In this document: positions 50,698 to 63,770 of the stretch, one piece after another
How positions within the stretch are numbered: position 1 is the stretch's first letter
How the letters are laid out: the number at the start of each line of letters is the position of its first letter
NCBI GenBank assembly: GCA_030390025.1
Contig: CM059432.1
Coordinates: forward strand, 20,028,001 to 20,092,000
From: Squalus acanthias
Lineage: Eukaryota
DNA length: 64,000 nt
Reading direction: 5' to 3'
Made by a program: the position numbers and the translations under genes
Notes under the pieces: generated by a model
Told to the model about the DNA's origin: nothing
The model's input: the letters and a program-made list of their open reading frames with translations, nothing else
The model's database searches: none

Positions 50698-53644
50698 TCC
50701 TAATACTGACCAGGCCTCATAGGCATTTAACAGGTTAGCTTTCTTGTAGGTGGGGGTGGGGTGGCGATCATGGCTATGGGGGGGGTGTCCGATCCGGTGA
50801 GGAGGTGGGGGGGGGAGCCGAAGCAGGTACGCTGGATCCAGCAGGTAAGTGGAAAGACACTTGCCTGCTGGATCCAGAAGTCCTTGCCTCCCTTTAGCTG
50901 CCGCGCTCCCCGAGGTCCGGGAAACCCGACCAGACATGGTTAAATTAAAAATGTTGATTAATTCTGAGGCACGCAGCCTGATTATAATACCACCTCCTGG
51001 GAGCAGGTTGGTCGCCTGCCCCTTGTCCCGTCTCCATTAAAACGGGAAGTGGGCGGGCTCGAGGCGGGTTGGATTTGGGTTTGATATTTTTAACATTTTT
51101 ACATCTCACCCGACTCAAACCCACCCCGTTTTTGCGGGATAAAAGTGCCCCCCCCCCATTGTGTGAATTTTTTTATTTATTTGTTCATGGGATGTGGGCA
51201 TCGCTGACAAGGCCAGCATTTATTGCCCATCCCTAGATATTATTTTTTTTTTTTCTGACCAAATAGAATGACACAGAATGTAGTGCCTTAACTCACTAAA
51301 ATGAAAGCTCTCACTCCTTCCAGTTTAATAAAGAAATATTTTTATCACTGTCCTTTGCACGACATGTACAGGCTGGTTCTCCTGGATCGTATTGCCGACA
51401 TCGCAAAGTCAGACATTTTGCACACAAGATTGCTATTGACCAGAATATTGCTGCCTGTTGGATCTAACAAATAGGGATGGGCAATAAATGCTGGCCTTGC
51501 CAGCGACGCCCACATCCCAGAGATTTATATTTTAAAAATCCCAATCAGTAACATATCAAGCTTTTAGTAACCATTCATTTGAGATGAATTTTTTTGGCAT
51601 GATTAAATGGTACCATAATGTTGGCCTCATTTTGGAAATACTGCTACTGTCTTTCTGTATATCCAGCTTTAAACATCTTTATTGTTACAAAGATCTCCCC
51701 AGACCCTAATTGGTTTGGGTAACTTGTACACCTGGGTGTACAAATTATGACCAGTGAGCTGTGCATGGCCTGCAGCCCTGGAAACCCATGAAGCCCAGGC
51801 AACTCAGCTCTATTTGCACTTTTTATTTCAATAAATTGCATTTATATAACACTCCCTGTTGACAAATGTGTCAGGACACTTTCATTGTGCAAAGAAGAAA
51901 AGATAATTGCTACTTAATGATTTGTTCATTGATACTAAATCAGACATCAGGATCTGCTGGTACATTGAGAGATGCAAATCAATGGGAACATGAATTTAAA
52001 TTTTAGATGAGGGCCATAAAGTTCCTTGGTGTGCACCGAGGCTGCCCAGCAGAACGATTCATAGAACCATGCAGCACAGAAGGAGTCCACGAGGCCTATT
52101 GTGAATTATCCAATTAGTCCCACTCCCCTGCTCTTTCCCCATAGCCCTGCAATTTTTCCTTTTCTAGTATAAAACTGAATTCAATTCTCTAACTGCCACA
52201 GTGGGATTTCAATTCACTTTCTCTGCATTTTTAGTCCAGGCCTCTGGATTACTAGTCCAGTATCATAACCACGACATGACATGACCGGACCCCCCCCCCC
52301 CCCCCCCCCCCCCACGATTAAGCTTGGACACTCCTGATCTTCCCTATACTCACCTGTGCAGGACACCACAAATGAAACTTCAAATATACCACAGAAGTAT
52401 AATAATAAATGTACTTTTATCATAAAGATTTTGTCGATGCTTTTCAGTCTACCAGGTCGAATCAGTTATTGAGTGTTCACGCAGGACATATCAATTTCAG
52501 CTGCTGCATTGATGGTGGAACTTTCAACCACAACCAGGGTCAATTATTTTTCCAAAAAAAAAAGCAACTGTGCGGGTGTAAAACCAGGTAGGTGGCAACC
52601 CTATAGCCAGTTCGACAAGTCTATTTAACAGAGGAACACTCAATACTCAGGGACTCCACTCTGTCAGGCCTGTAGTTGAACTGTACTGAGTCATGAAGTG
52701 ATACAGTTCATGGATGAGACAATCACTAATATGCTGTGAAGTAATGTTATGTATTTTGTCACAGGCTAAGTAAGCAGAAGTTCACTGTTCCTTGAAGGAG
52801 GTCAGTAGATCCCTCACAGAAAAATCACACGCTCAGATGATATTCTCTGATGTTGGCTTTTCTATTCTCCTTGGGGATTTTGAACAGGGAAAAGAAACCC
52901 TGACTGGCTCGTGCTTTCTGCCGTAGTGATTTTTCAACTGGTCCAAATGAATAAAAGATTGGTGTACTGCAAACGTGAGGTCAGCGTATTCCATGTACTC
53001 CCACTGAACAGTCAGTCTGATAGTTCAGTAGCAGTGCTGCATAGGTTAACTTGAACTATCAGAATTTATTTCAGTTTGAAAGGGACAAAGCTCAGGTTGA
53101 ATAAAGGTCGCAGAAAAAGTATTGTGGCGAGATCTTACCTGCTGGCAGGACAGCCAACAGTGTTATTGAAAGAAAAGAAAGACTTGAGTTTATATAATGA
53201 CTTATTACATCTCTCAGAAATGTCTCAAAGTGTAAGTCAAGGGTCAAGGTCGATTTTAAAGACCATTACCAAGATTTAATGATGATATATTAAATAGAGA
53301 TTATAAGAAAGCTTGAAAGAAGAAAAGCCCATTGTGCTCACTCTTTCCACATTATATATATTACTTACCTCAATCAGGCAAGACATTAATCTGTCTTTTT
53401 AAGGCAATCACTATGCTTGGTTCCTTCCGCAGTTTCAGGATTATGGGTGTTAGATCAAGAAATGTTAGCTTAAGCCAAGGAAAGGAATACAAAATTGAAG
53501 AAATAGAGACAAAGTCCAGGAGAACTCTAATCATTCTGCTTGTTTCACAATTGTGCACTTTGCTAACAAATGTAAAATACCAAAATGCTTCAACTTGCAG
53601 ATCAAGTTCAAAAGGCAGAGGGCAATTTTATATCAATAAATGTT

Positions 53645-55165
53645 GTCGGGGCCCCGACAACATCCCAGCTGTCGTGCTGAAGACTTGTGCTCCAGAACTA
53701 GCCGTGCCTCTAGCCAAGCTGCTCCAGTACAGCTACAACACTGGTATCTACCAGACAATGTGGAAAACTGCCCAGGTATGTCCTGTCAGCAAAAAGCAGG
53801 ACAAATCCAATCCGGACAATTACCGCCCCATCAGTCTACTCTCAATCATCAGCAAAGTGATGGAAGGTGTCGTCGACAGTGCTATCAAGTGGCACTTACT
53901 CACCAATAATCTGCTCACCGATGCTCAGGTTGGGTTCCACCAGAACCACTTGGTTCCAGACCTCATTGTCCAAACATGGAAAAAAAGAGCTGAATTCCAG
54001 AGGTGAGGTGAGAGCGACTGCCCTTGACAGCAAGGCAGCATTTGACCGAGTGTGGCATCAAGGAGCCCTAGTAAAATTGAAGACAATGGGAATCAGAGGG
54101 AAAACTCTCCACTGGCTGGAGTCATACCTACCACAAACGGAGGTTGTGATTGTCGGAGGCCAATCATCTCAGCCCCAGGACATCGCTGCAGGAGTTCCTC
54201 AGGGCAGTGTCCTAGGCCCAACCATCTTCAGCTGTTTCATCAATGACCTTCCCTCCATCATAAGATCAGAAGTGGGGATGCTCGCTGATGATTCAGTTCC
54301 ATTCGCAACTCCTCAGATAATGAAGCAGTCCATGCCCGCATGCAGCAAGAGCTGGATGACATTCAGACTTGGGCTGATAAGTGGCAAGTAACATTCGTGC
54401 CACACAAGGGCCAGGCAATGACTATATCCAACAAGCGAGAGTCTAACCACCGCCCCTTGACATTCAACGGTATTACCATCGCCGAATCCCCCACCATCAA
54501 CATCCTGGGGGTAACCACTGACCAGAAACTTAACTGGAACAGCCACATAAATACTAAAGCAACAAGAGCATATCAGAGGCTGAGTATTTTGCGACGAGTG
54601 TCTCACCTCCTTACTCCCCAAAGCTCTTCCACCAGCTACAAGGCACAAGTCAGGGGTGTGATGGAATACTCGCCCCTTGCCTGGATGAGTGCAGCCGCAA
54701 CACCACTCAAGAAGCTCGACACCACCCAGGACAAAGCAGCCCGCTTGATTGGCACCTCATCCACCACCTTAAACATTCACTCCCTCCACCACCGGCGCAC
54801 CGTGGCTGCAGTGTGTACCATCTACAAGATGCACTTCAGCAACTCGCCAAGGCTTTTTCGGCAGCACCTCCCAAACACGCGACCTCTACCACCTACATGG
54901 ACAAGAGCAGCAGGCGTATGGGAAACACCATCACCTTAAGTTCCCCTCCAAGTTACACACCATCCTGACTTGGAAATATATCGCTGTTCCTTCATCGTCG
55001 CTGGGTCAAAATCCTGGAATTCCCTCCCCAGCAGCACTGTGGGGGTACCTTCACCACACAGACTGCAGTGGTTCAAGAAGGTGGCTCCCCCATCGCCTTC
55101 TCAAGGGCAATTAGGGATGGGCAATAAATGCTGGCCGACACCCACATCCCATGAATGAATAATAA
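53645..55165 (+). mobile_element. L2/CR1-group LINE (RT, frameshifted) with tail gggatgggcaataaatgctggcc
   Basis: GPDNIPAVVLKTCAPELA, NYRPISLLSIISKVME, AAFDRVWH, GVPQGSVLGP and LADD motifs across three ORFs. Confidence 0.92.
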
Positions 55166-55539
55166 AAAAAAATTAAATCAGTAAGTTGATGAAAATGTAA
55201 GATTTGGAAATACCACTCTTTGATCCATCCCACTGTGCTTCTTAATATAATTGTATGCATTTTAATAATAAAAATATTCTCGGGTTACTGTTAAAATATC
55301 CCTGGGCAGTGTGAAACTTAATTAACAAGCAAATGTCTGAGGTACATGAGATCTTAACATCATTGTTTTATCGGTGCTTCACCATCACAATTCAGTAGAA
55401 AGTTCAAAGGAGATGTTAATGTGTAGATTGTTATTAAAGGCTGTTTATTACTATATCAGCCACATCGAGTGTGTTGTGATTACTGATGCAGCCCAGAAGC
55501 TCTGCCATACAGCAACAAAGGTCCTTTGGATTGATACTG

Positions 55540-55940
55540 TCATCCTTGAAATCCTCTTGTATTCCCTTCAGTGCAGAAGATTGAGGGTTGATCTGATCGA
55601 GGTGTTTAAAATGTTAAAAGGATTCAATAGAGAGACTATTTGCTCTGGTGGGGGAATCAAGAATAAGGGGACATCACCTTAAAATTAGAGCTAGGCCATT
55701 TAAGGAAGCATTTTTTTCACGAAATGGTAGTAGAAATCTGGAATTTCCTTCCTCAAAAAGGCTGCAGATACTGGGGCAATTGGAGCTTTTAAGACTGAGT
55801 TTAATAGATTTTTGCTCGGCAAGGGTATCAAGGGACATGGAGCAAAAGTGGGTAAATGGAGTTAAGGTACAGATCAGCCATGATCTAACTGAAAGGCAGA
55901 GCAAGCTCGAGGGACTGAATGGCGTACTCCTGTTCCTCAT
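55540..55940 (+). mobile_element. CR1 3' fragment; tail resumes at 60543-60562 after the Gypsy insertion
   Basis: RRLRVDLIEVFKML, 3'UTR ..tactcctgttcctcat, continued by ctaatattcctatgttccta. Confidence 0.85.
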
Positions 55941-56062
55941 TGTGATATCTTGAGACACAGCATTTTTTTACACAACAGCACAACATGGCTTCCAGTAAGA
56001 ACTGTACTGCATATGGCTTTATTATTATATACATCAGTAGTCCACCAGGTGGCTCTATTACA
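55941..56062 (-). repeat. 3' LTR (122 bp)
   Basis: Direct repeat of 60417-60542, preceded on the minus strand by the PPT. Confidence 0.93.
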
Positions 56063-59000
56063 CTTCTCCCTCCTTATTGAAGAAGTTAATCATAGCAAAT
56101 AATCACTGTACATGACTTGCATGGTTTACACAACTCTTGGTATACATTTCTCAAATGGAACCCATTTTATGTTTCCAAATTCTACTCTAGAATTCTGTAA
56201 CACAAACAAAAGATATTAACTTATTTTCCATATTTACAGATTAAACTTAATCACTGGTTTTCTGTTTCGAAGAGGATACTTTCTTCCTTGAACAGAACTT
56301 TCAGATCTTGTTGCAGGACTTTGACTCATTCTAGGCTGCGCCTGCAGAGAATTTTTCTCCAAGGGCTGACCTTGATCTACATTTGGACTCTCTACACTTT
56401 CAGACTGTTTGTCTGCCTGACTCGGGCTCAGACTTAAATTCTGACTTTGTCTTGAACTTGTTTCTGGTGCGTCTGATGTAGGATTTGCTACTGGTACTCT
56501 ACATGTAACAAGACTATCTGACTCATCAGAATAAATGTAATCATCCCAGCTTTCAACTCCTTCCACAGCTGTCGGTAAGATATGATCAATGTGAACAAAC
56601 CTAACCTTTCCATGATCAAACATCTTGACCAAATATATGCGAGGGCCACATATCTTCACTACTCTTCCTGGTAACCACTTTAACCATTTATGGTGATGGT
56701 TCTTCACTCTAACTCTCTGGTTCAACTTCATACTTCTCTCTCTAACTCTACCTTTATCATGACTCTCTTTCTGCCTTGATTGCTTTGCTTCTACGGACTG
56801 TGCCAAATTTGGCTTTAACAACGAGAACCTGGTTTGTGGCTGTCGTTTGAGAAACAACTCTGCTGGTTTTCTACCAGTAGTGGTATGAGGAGTATTCCGA
56901 TAAGTAATCAGAAAATTTGCCAATTTGTGGTCCAACAACAACTGACGTTTCTTTTTGATTTGGATCCAACATTTGCTTGATGAGGGCACGTTTGACAATT
57001 TGTACTGTGCGCTCTGCTGCACCATTTGAAGCAGGGTGGTACGGTGGAACTTTGTTATGTTTCACACCGTTTCTGCTCATGAACTGTGTGAACTCTTCTG
57101 AACAAAATTGCGGCCCATTATCAGACACAATTTCTTCTGGGAGACCGTATGAAGAAAACAATCTTCGCAAATTGTCTAGTGTTTTGCTTGTTGTTATTAT
57201 TCGCATCGGAAACACCTCTACCCACTTCGAATGACTATCACTATGAACAATTGCTGTGCATTTCTATGGCTGTAATGGTACTGATGGTGGTTTTTTGCAC
57301 ACCGATTGACATGTTGTACACTGACTGACTATGTACTCTATCTCTTTATCTGGCCACCTTAAGCAACTGCATGCAAAGCTCTTGGTCAAGCACATTCCCA
57401 GGTACTGGCCATGAAGTTCTCCTAACAATTTAGACCTGAACCTATTTGAGATAACCACTCTTGCTCCGCACATGATACAATCTTTATCCACTGACAATTC
57501 ATTCCTACGAACGAAGTATGGATGGATATCTTCCGCTGATACCTGGTTTGGCCATCCATTTGCTATGTAATCATACACCTTTGACATAATTGGGTCACAT
57601 TTGGTTGCCCTACCAATCTCTTCAGCTGTGACTGGCAGCTCATCAATGTATGAGAAATAGAACACTTCTTCCTTATTGGGTGTAATTTGTGATGGGGATG
57701 GCAACCTAGACATAGCATTACTGTGATAAGCTGATAGTCTGTACTCAATGTTGTATGTATACGCTGACAAAATCAAAGCCCATCTCTGCATTCAGGCTGC
57801 AGCTAAGGTTGGAACTGGGGACTTTGGATGGAGGATTGCTGTCACGGTCTTATGGTCAGTAACTATGGTAAACTTACGACCAAACAAGTATTTGTGAAAC
57901 TTCTTGACCCCAAAAATCAATGACAAAGCTTCCCTTTCGATCTGCGCATAATTCTGCTCACTGGCACTGAGAGTGTGTGAAGCAAAAGCAATTGGTCTCT
58001 CGTCCCCACTATCTAGTACATGAGAGATCACTGCCCCAACTCCGTACGGAGAGGTGTCACACGCTAGCTTGATCTCCTTAGATACATCATAGTGAACTAA
58101 CATGGTACTCTCTACTAACTGGCTTTTACACTCTTTGAATGCTGTGTCGCATTCTTATGACCACTTCCAAGGGACCTGTTTCTCAACAGCTCATTGAGTG
58201 GATGTAACAATGTCGTCAAGTTTGGGAGGAACTTTCCGTAATAATTCAAAAGACCCAAAAATGATCGAAGTTCAGAGACATTCTTGGAGTGGGTGCATTT
58301 CTGATTGCATCCAGCTTTCCCTTGGTTGGATGTAAGCCATCTTTGTCTACTCTGCCCACATACTCCACTGAGTTTTGAAACAACTCACACTTGTGAGCTG
58401 TCACTTGTACTCCATGATTCTCTAGCTGTTTGAGCACTTCATTCAACACCTCATCATGGATTTGCCTGTTTGGTGCTGAAATGAGTGTCATCCAAATAAC
58501 ACACTACCCCTTCAATCCCTTGCAAAATTTGGTTCATCACCCCCTGGAATATGTCGGGGGCAGAAGACACTTCAAATGGTAGCCTACTGAACTGATGTAG
58601 GCCTCGGTGAGTATTTATAGTTAAGCATGACTTGGACTTTTCATCTAACTCAAGTTGTAGGTAGGCGTTTGTTAGATCTAACTTCGAAAAGATCTGGCCA
58701 TCTGTCAGACGTACTGGGTAGATTACACTCTAGAACCTGGTTTACGGTTACCTTATAATCACCACACAACCTTACCTTACCATCTGACTTAGGTACAACA
58801 ACAATGGGTGTAGCCCAATTACTCAGATCGACCTTAGAGATAATGTTCTCAGTTTCTAGTCTTTTGAGTTCTTGCTCAACTTTCTCCTTGAGTGCGTATG
58901 GTACGGGACATGGCTTGCAGCAAACTGGTCTTACATCCTTCTGCACTCTGACACTCACCTTGAAGTGTTGGATCGGACTGCCCGTTTCGCTGAACACCTT

Positions 59001-60416
59001 CGGATACTGCTTGATGACATCATTTTGATGCAAATTTCACTTCCACACGAAGCTTCAGTGATCCCAACCAATTTCTACCTATCAAGGCAGGCTTGACTCC
59101 TGCCACTACTATGAGAGGCAAGCTCTGTCACTGATCCTTGTATTTCATTGGTATGGTGACACTTCCTACTACAGGGATTTGCTCTCCTGAGCAGCCTCGC
59201 AGCTCTACCTTCGATTTCTCTAGTCGATAATCACGCAACTTGTTGCGATATAGTGATTCCGGTACTACGCTCACGGATGCACCAGTGTCGATTTCCATGG
59301 GTATCCTGGTTCCTGCGACATCTACTTGGATGACGATACCTCGTGAATGGGCTGTTTGGTACCTTCGTGCTCCTGATGACGTGAATCTCCAGAAACTCCT
59401 CGTCCTGCTGCTTCTCTTCAACGGTATGTAGTGTCTGGCGATTTCTACTTCTAGCATTGCCACTCGGTTTACTCTTCTGGCAGCACGCCTTCGCAAGATG
59501 CCCAGTTTCTTGCAGTGGAAACACTCTGCCTTCACATATGGACAGCTTTGAGCGATGTGTTGTCCCAGGCAATGATAGCACGACTTCAATGCACTGCTAC
59601 TTTGGCCAGTTGCTGAGGCCTTGGGGCCCAACTGCCTTTTACTTTTAGCCTGCAGCCGATTCACCTTGGTTGTCTGACGACTGGAAATCGCGCGGAACTC
59701 TTGGGAGTATTGGTCGGCCATATCCATCGACATAGCTGTCTGACAAACTAAGTCAAAAGTCAAGTTAGGGGTTGTCAACAATTTACTTCTGGTACGTTCA
59801 TTTTTCAACCCACAAACAAAGCGGTCACGCGAAGCTCGGTTCTGAAAGTTTCCGAAATGACAGTGAATGGATAGCTTTTTTAAAGCTGCAATGTACTCAC
59901 TGATACCCTCATCATTCAATTGATCACCTGTTCCAAAATGGTAACTTTCAGCAATTTCCAGGGGCTCAGGACTGTCGTGCCGAATCTCCTTCAGTGGCGT
60001 GTCCTTTGGCTTGGCGGGAACAAGCAAATGTTTCAGGGTTTCATACACCTCGGGGCCTGCTTCAGTCAAAAAAATAGGCCATTTCATTTCTAAAACCACC
60101 TGGTTACGGTTTACATCAGTGGGGACTTCGACAATACTATTCGCAGTGAAAAACATTTCTAGCCGCTCCACATACACTCCGAAGGTCTCTTGGTCGCGAT
60201 GGAACTCACCCAAGTGCCGTATTATTCCCATAGGTGCGGCCATCTGGACTCTGGCAACGTCAACAGTTCAGCCACATATGCTCAAAATTTACCTCTGATT
60301 TTTAAGTTTTTCTGCAAAACAAAGAACCTCTAACAGTCCCTCCATCGGTTGGCAGGATTATCCTCCAACAAAAATTTCAGCTAGGGAATCCGCAATCGCA
60401 TCCTCATCACCAATTC

Positions 60417-60542
60417 TGTGATATCTTGAGACACAGCATATATACACACAACAGCACAACATGGGTTCCGGTAAGAACTGTACTACACATGGCTTTATTA
60501 TTATTATATACATTCAGTAGTCCACCAGGTGGCTCTATTACA
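60417..60542 (-). repeat. 5' LTR (126 bp)
   Basis: Followed on the minus strand by a tRNA-Ser-like PBS. Confidence 0.93.
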
Positions 60543-61072
60543 CTAATATTCCTATGTTCCTAAATGTAATTGGGAAACCTTCTCATTGGTGTTTGTAGGC
60601 ATGTAACATGAACAAAATAACTCTCATAACCGAGTGCATCTCCACAAAATACACCCTGTCCTCACCTAGCTTACAGACACACCTTCCAGCAGAGATCTCT
60701 GGACAACAATCATGATTTATTCCCCACACAGACAGACAGCGGGAGACATTTAAATGCCCCTCATCATCCTGATAATGTGCCATGCATGTAATTTTACCAG
60801 GTAAACAGACATGAGCAGTGATAGATTGTGTCACTCGTCACGTCTGCCTTTAGAAAAAAGAATTAAAAGTTAATGTAACGAGCCACACAGAAAGTCCCAA
60901 GCTTAATCTCTGATCTTTGATGAGGTAGATGATCTTGTTTGGGCTACATCAGGGCTTCACCAGCTAGGGTGGAAAATGTAAAATCAGCCAGGGTTTCGAT
61001 TCCTGTGCATAGTGATCCCTGCTGAAAAGAGCATATACATGGACAATTGATGAGGACAGGATTCAGCTCAAC

Positions 61073-62070
61073 TGTAGCAAAGTACTGCAGATGCTGGAAA
61101 TAGGAAATAAAAACAGAAGATGCTAGAAACACTCAGCAGCTCAGGCAGCATCTGTGGCAAGAGAAACAGAGTTAATGGGCTGAATCTTAACCCCCAAAAA
61201 CGGGTGGGTTGGGGTCGAGTGAGATGTTAAAATATTTTAAATCTCAAACCCAAACGCAACCCACCCACTTCCGGGTTTAACGTTGGCAGGACAACGGGTG
61301 GGCAGCCAACCCGCTCCTAGGAGGCAGGTTGGCAATTTAAATATTTTAAAGAGGCTGGGAGCCTCAGATTTAACATGCTTTGCAGGTTTAACCCTGGCCG
61401 GCTGTGCTTCCCAGGCCTCGGGATACCTGGCAGCTGAAGGGAGGCGAGGACAGCTTCGGTGAGAAGGTAAGTGCCGTTACAGCACTGCTTCGGGGCCAAT
61501 AGGAGCAGGAGTGCTTCCCCCTGGCCCTCCCAAACTCCCCCTCCCGCCCCATACAAAGACCCCACCCCGGGGTCAGGGATCAGACCCGCACAGGATCGGG
61601 AAATTGACCCCCCTACCCCCGGAGTCGGGGATCGAACACCCCCAGGATCGGAAACTCCCACATCCCGGGTCGGAGATCGGACCCCCCATGCTCCCAGTAG
61701 CAGCTGCAGGCTCCTTACCTGGGGCTGCAGCCTGCTCCGAATGCTCACCTCCCGACTGGAAGCCAAGCCTGTCCATCAGGTTGACTTCCATGTGGGGAAC
61801 CTACAGAAACAACAAACTACGCACGCTGTGGGGTCCTGGACTTCCAAGCTTCTTGACCGAGAGTCCCCCCCCCCCGCCCCGCTAACACAACCCGCCCCTG
61901 TCAAGATCGGGGGCCAACGTTTCTCCTCTGCACTTGCTTAAAAATGGTTAAATCTCTAACATCTTCTGATGAAAGGTCATCGACCTGAAATGTTAACTAT
62001 GTTTCCCCCTCTACAGATGCTAACTGACCTGATGTGTGTTTCCAGCATTTTCTGTTTTTATTTCAGATTT
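61073..62070. mobile_element. Penelope-like inverted pseudo-LTR remnant interrupted by a MITE
   Basis: 61085-61176 is an inverted copy of 61990-62070. Hammerhead-like ctgatgaaaggtcatcgacctgaaatgttaac at 61966-61997. Confidence 0.78.
61177..61916. mobile_element. GC-rich Harbinger-type MITE
   Basis: TIRs gggctgaatcttaac and gtcaagatcgggggcc, flanks aat/aac, internal short ggatcgg..cccc repeats. Confidence 0.75.
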
Positions 62071-62072
62071 GG

Positions 62073-62360
62073 GGGCAGATTTAAAGTAATTGGTAGAAGG
62101 ATTAGAGGGGAGTTGAGGAGACATTTTCTCACCCAGAGGGTGGTGAGGGGTCTGGAACTCACTGCCTGAAAGGGTGGTAGAGGCAGAAACCCTCATCACA
62201 TTTAAAAAGTACTTGGATATGCACTTGAAGTGCCGTAACCATGTCGTACGGACCAAGAGCTAGAAAGTCGGTATAGGCTGGATAGCTCTTTTTCGGCCGG
62301 CACAGACATGATGGGCCGAATGGCCTCCTTCTGTGCCGTAAACTTCTATGATTCTATGAT
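62073..62360 (+). mobile_element. CR1 3' fragment
   Basis: RFKVIGRRIRGELRRHFLTQRVV and tail ctatgattctatgat. Confidence 0.88.
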
Positions 62361-63199
62361 CAACAGTGATGGCTCCCCCACAATCAAACAGCCCGCCCTC
62401 ACATTGGAGACTGGCCACTTGAGTAAGATACCATACGGGGAGGGGTGGGGGGGGGGGGTCAGTGTCCGTGGATCTGTACCCCAGCATCAAAACACATCTT
62501 AGGAAATGAGAGAAAATTGGCTGGGAAATCAAATCCAACTGAAATCCAAAACACAACTGTGAGCTGCTGAGGATTTTGCTTTGCTTGGAGGCAAATGTGA
62601 TTCCCTTAAACAGGATTTTCTAAAGCAAACTATTCCAGGGATCGTGGACTCGCCAAAAAGTTGAGAATTTCCCTTGAAAATATGTTGTGTTTCCTGCCAA
62701 TAAAAATGTTATCTGTTCACCGGCAGCAAAGAATTGAAATCAGGTGGTTCAAAGAATTAAGTATTTATGTAGTTCAGTTGATTGAATGATCCACACCAAT
62801 CATTAATGGGTCACAATAATAGCCAAAATATAAATAGTGGATTAGCTTTTCTCACGTAATCTCTCAGAGGCAGAGACAAAATAAAAATTACACAGATTAT
62901 TCCTGTTTGCTCATTAACTGGATGTGTGACCCACATACCTATGAATTCCACACATACCTAGACAGTCTATTATCTAAGGCGATTATTTAACAAATAGCAG
63001 CAAAGTGTAACCTTTTGACTACATTGTGTATCACTGTTTCAGCAGCAGGTAACTACAGTTATGAAGTTTGTTTTAATGCTAATTAAAAAGGGCTCAGAAT
63101 TATCCCTTGTATTTCAATTGTATGGCATGGCTTCAAAATCTTTTACTCAATCACAACGAAAGCCAGTTCCAATGTGCCATCAGCTGCAAAGACACCTGT

Positions 63200-63524
63200 A
63201 GTAGAGAAAATGCTACAATCTATTATTAAGGACGTGGTAACAAGGCACTTGGAAAATATGATTTGGCAGAGTCAACATGGTTTTATGAAAGAGAAATCGT
63301 GTTTGACAAATCTATTAGAGTTTTTTTGAGGGTATAATTAGCAGGGTAGATAAAGGGGAACCAGTGGATGTAATATATTTGGATTTTCAGAAGGCATTCG
63401 ATTAGGTGCCTCACAAGAGGTTGTTACACAAGATTAAGGGCTCATGGGATTGGGGGTAATATAGTAGCATGGATTGAGGATTGGTTAACGGACAGAAAAG
63501 AGAGAGTAGGAATAAACGGGTCAC
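63200..63524 (+). mobile_element. CR1 RT internal fragment
   Basis: QSQHGFMK.KSCLTNLLEFF, DFQKAFD and RVGINGS remnants. Confidence 0.85.
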
Positions 63525-63559
63525 CTGGTAAATATTACTGTTCGGGAGTCTTAACTTGA

Positions 63560-63770
63560 TTCCTTGCTTCTTTTGCAGCTGTTCCCAATTCTTATGGGTA
63601 GCGCATACAGCATTGACCCTGACCATTAATTCCTGCCAGGCATGCGTCACTGTTGGCCTTTGGGGAGGTGGCCTGCGCCAGTAAACAGGGCAACTCACCT
63701 CACACATCTACCGCATTCTACTTCACTTCTCCAGACTTCAAACAGGGTGTTTAGGTGCAGTCCTACTCCA
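63560..63770 (-). pseudogene. Decayed Harbinger Myb/SANT-like relic
   Basis: RRPPPQRPTVTHAWQELMVRVNAVCATHKNWEQLQKK resembles the W..i...VNA.....R.W.Q..KK pattern. Confidence 0.55.

Larger units (their letters stand above)
47207..51152. mobile_element. Harbinger-type MITE (family of 61177-61916, inverted) split by copia-like and CR1 insertions
   Basis: The left end ggccccgatattgg..ggcggg and the right part 50990-51152 are reverse-complement matches to the two ends of the 61177-61916 element. Confidence 0.6.
55941..60542 (-). mobile_element. Full-length decayed Ty3/Gypsy LTR retrotransposon (Mag-like, short LTRs)
   Basis: TG..CA LTRs at 60417-60542 and 55941-56062; TSD ctcat/ctaat; PBS tggtgatgaggatgcgat; PPT aataaggaggggagaag. 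Gag with two zinc knuckles, protease IDTGAS, RT (WATPIVVVPK, RLCGDYK), RNase H (ACDTSPYGVGAV), integrase (VSDNGPQF, HPASNGAAER). Many frameshifts. Confidence 0.96.

Noticed and set aside
52340..53560. Strong minus-strand donor-like sites (gtgagt near 52353, gtaagt near 53368) as upstream TSNARE1 exons
   Set aside because: No frame gives the expected SLGTPSDTQELRDSL-like peptide.
63411..63707. Sense-strand Myb-like ORF as the TSNARE1 Myb exon
   Set aside because: It does not resemble the recalled TSNARE1 domain, the N-terminal half is degraded, and its apparent donor coincides with a CR1 junction.
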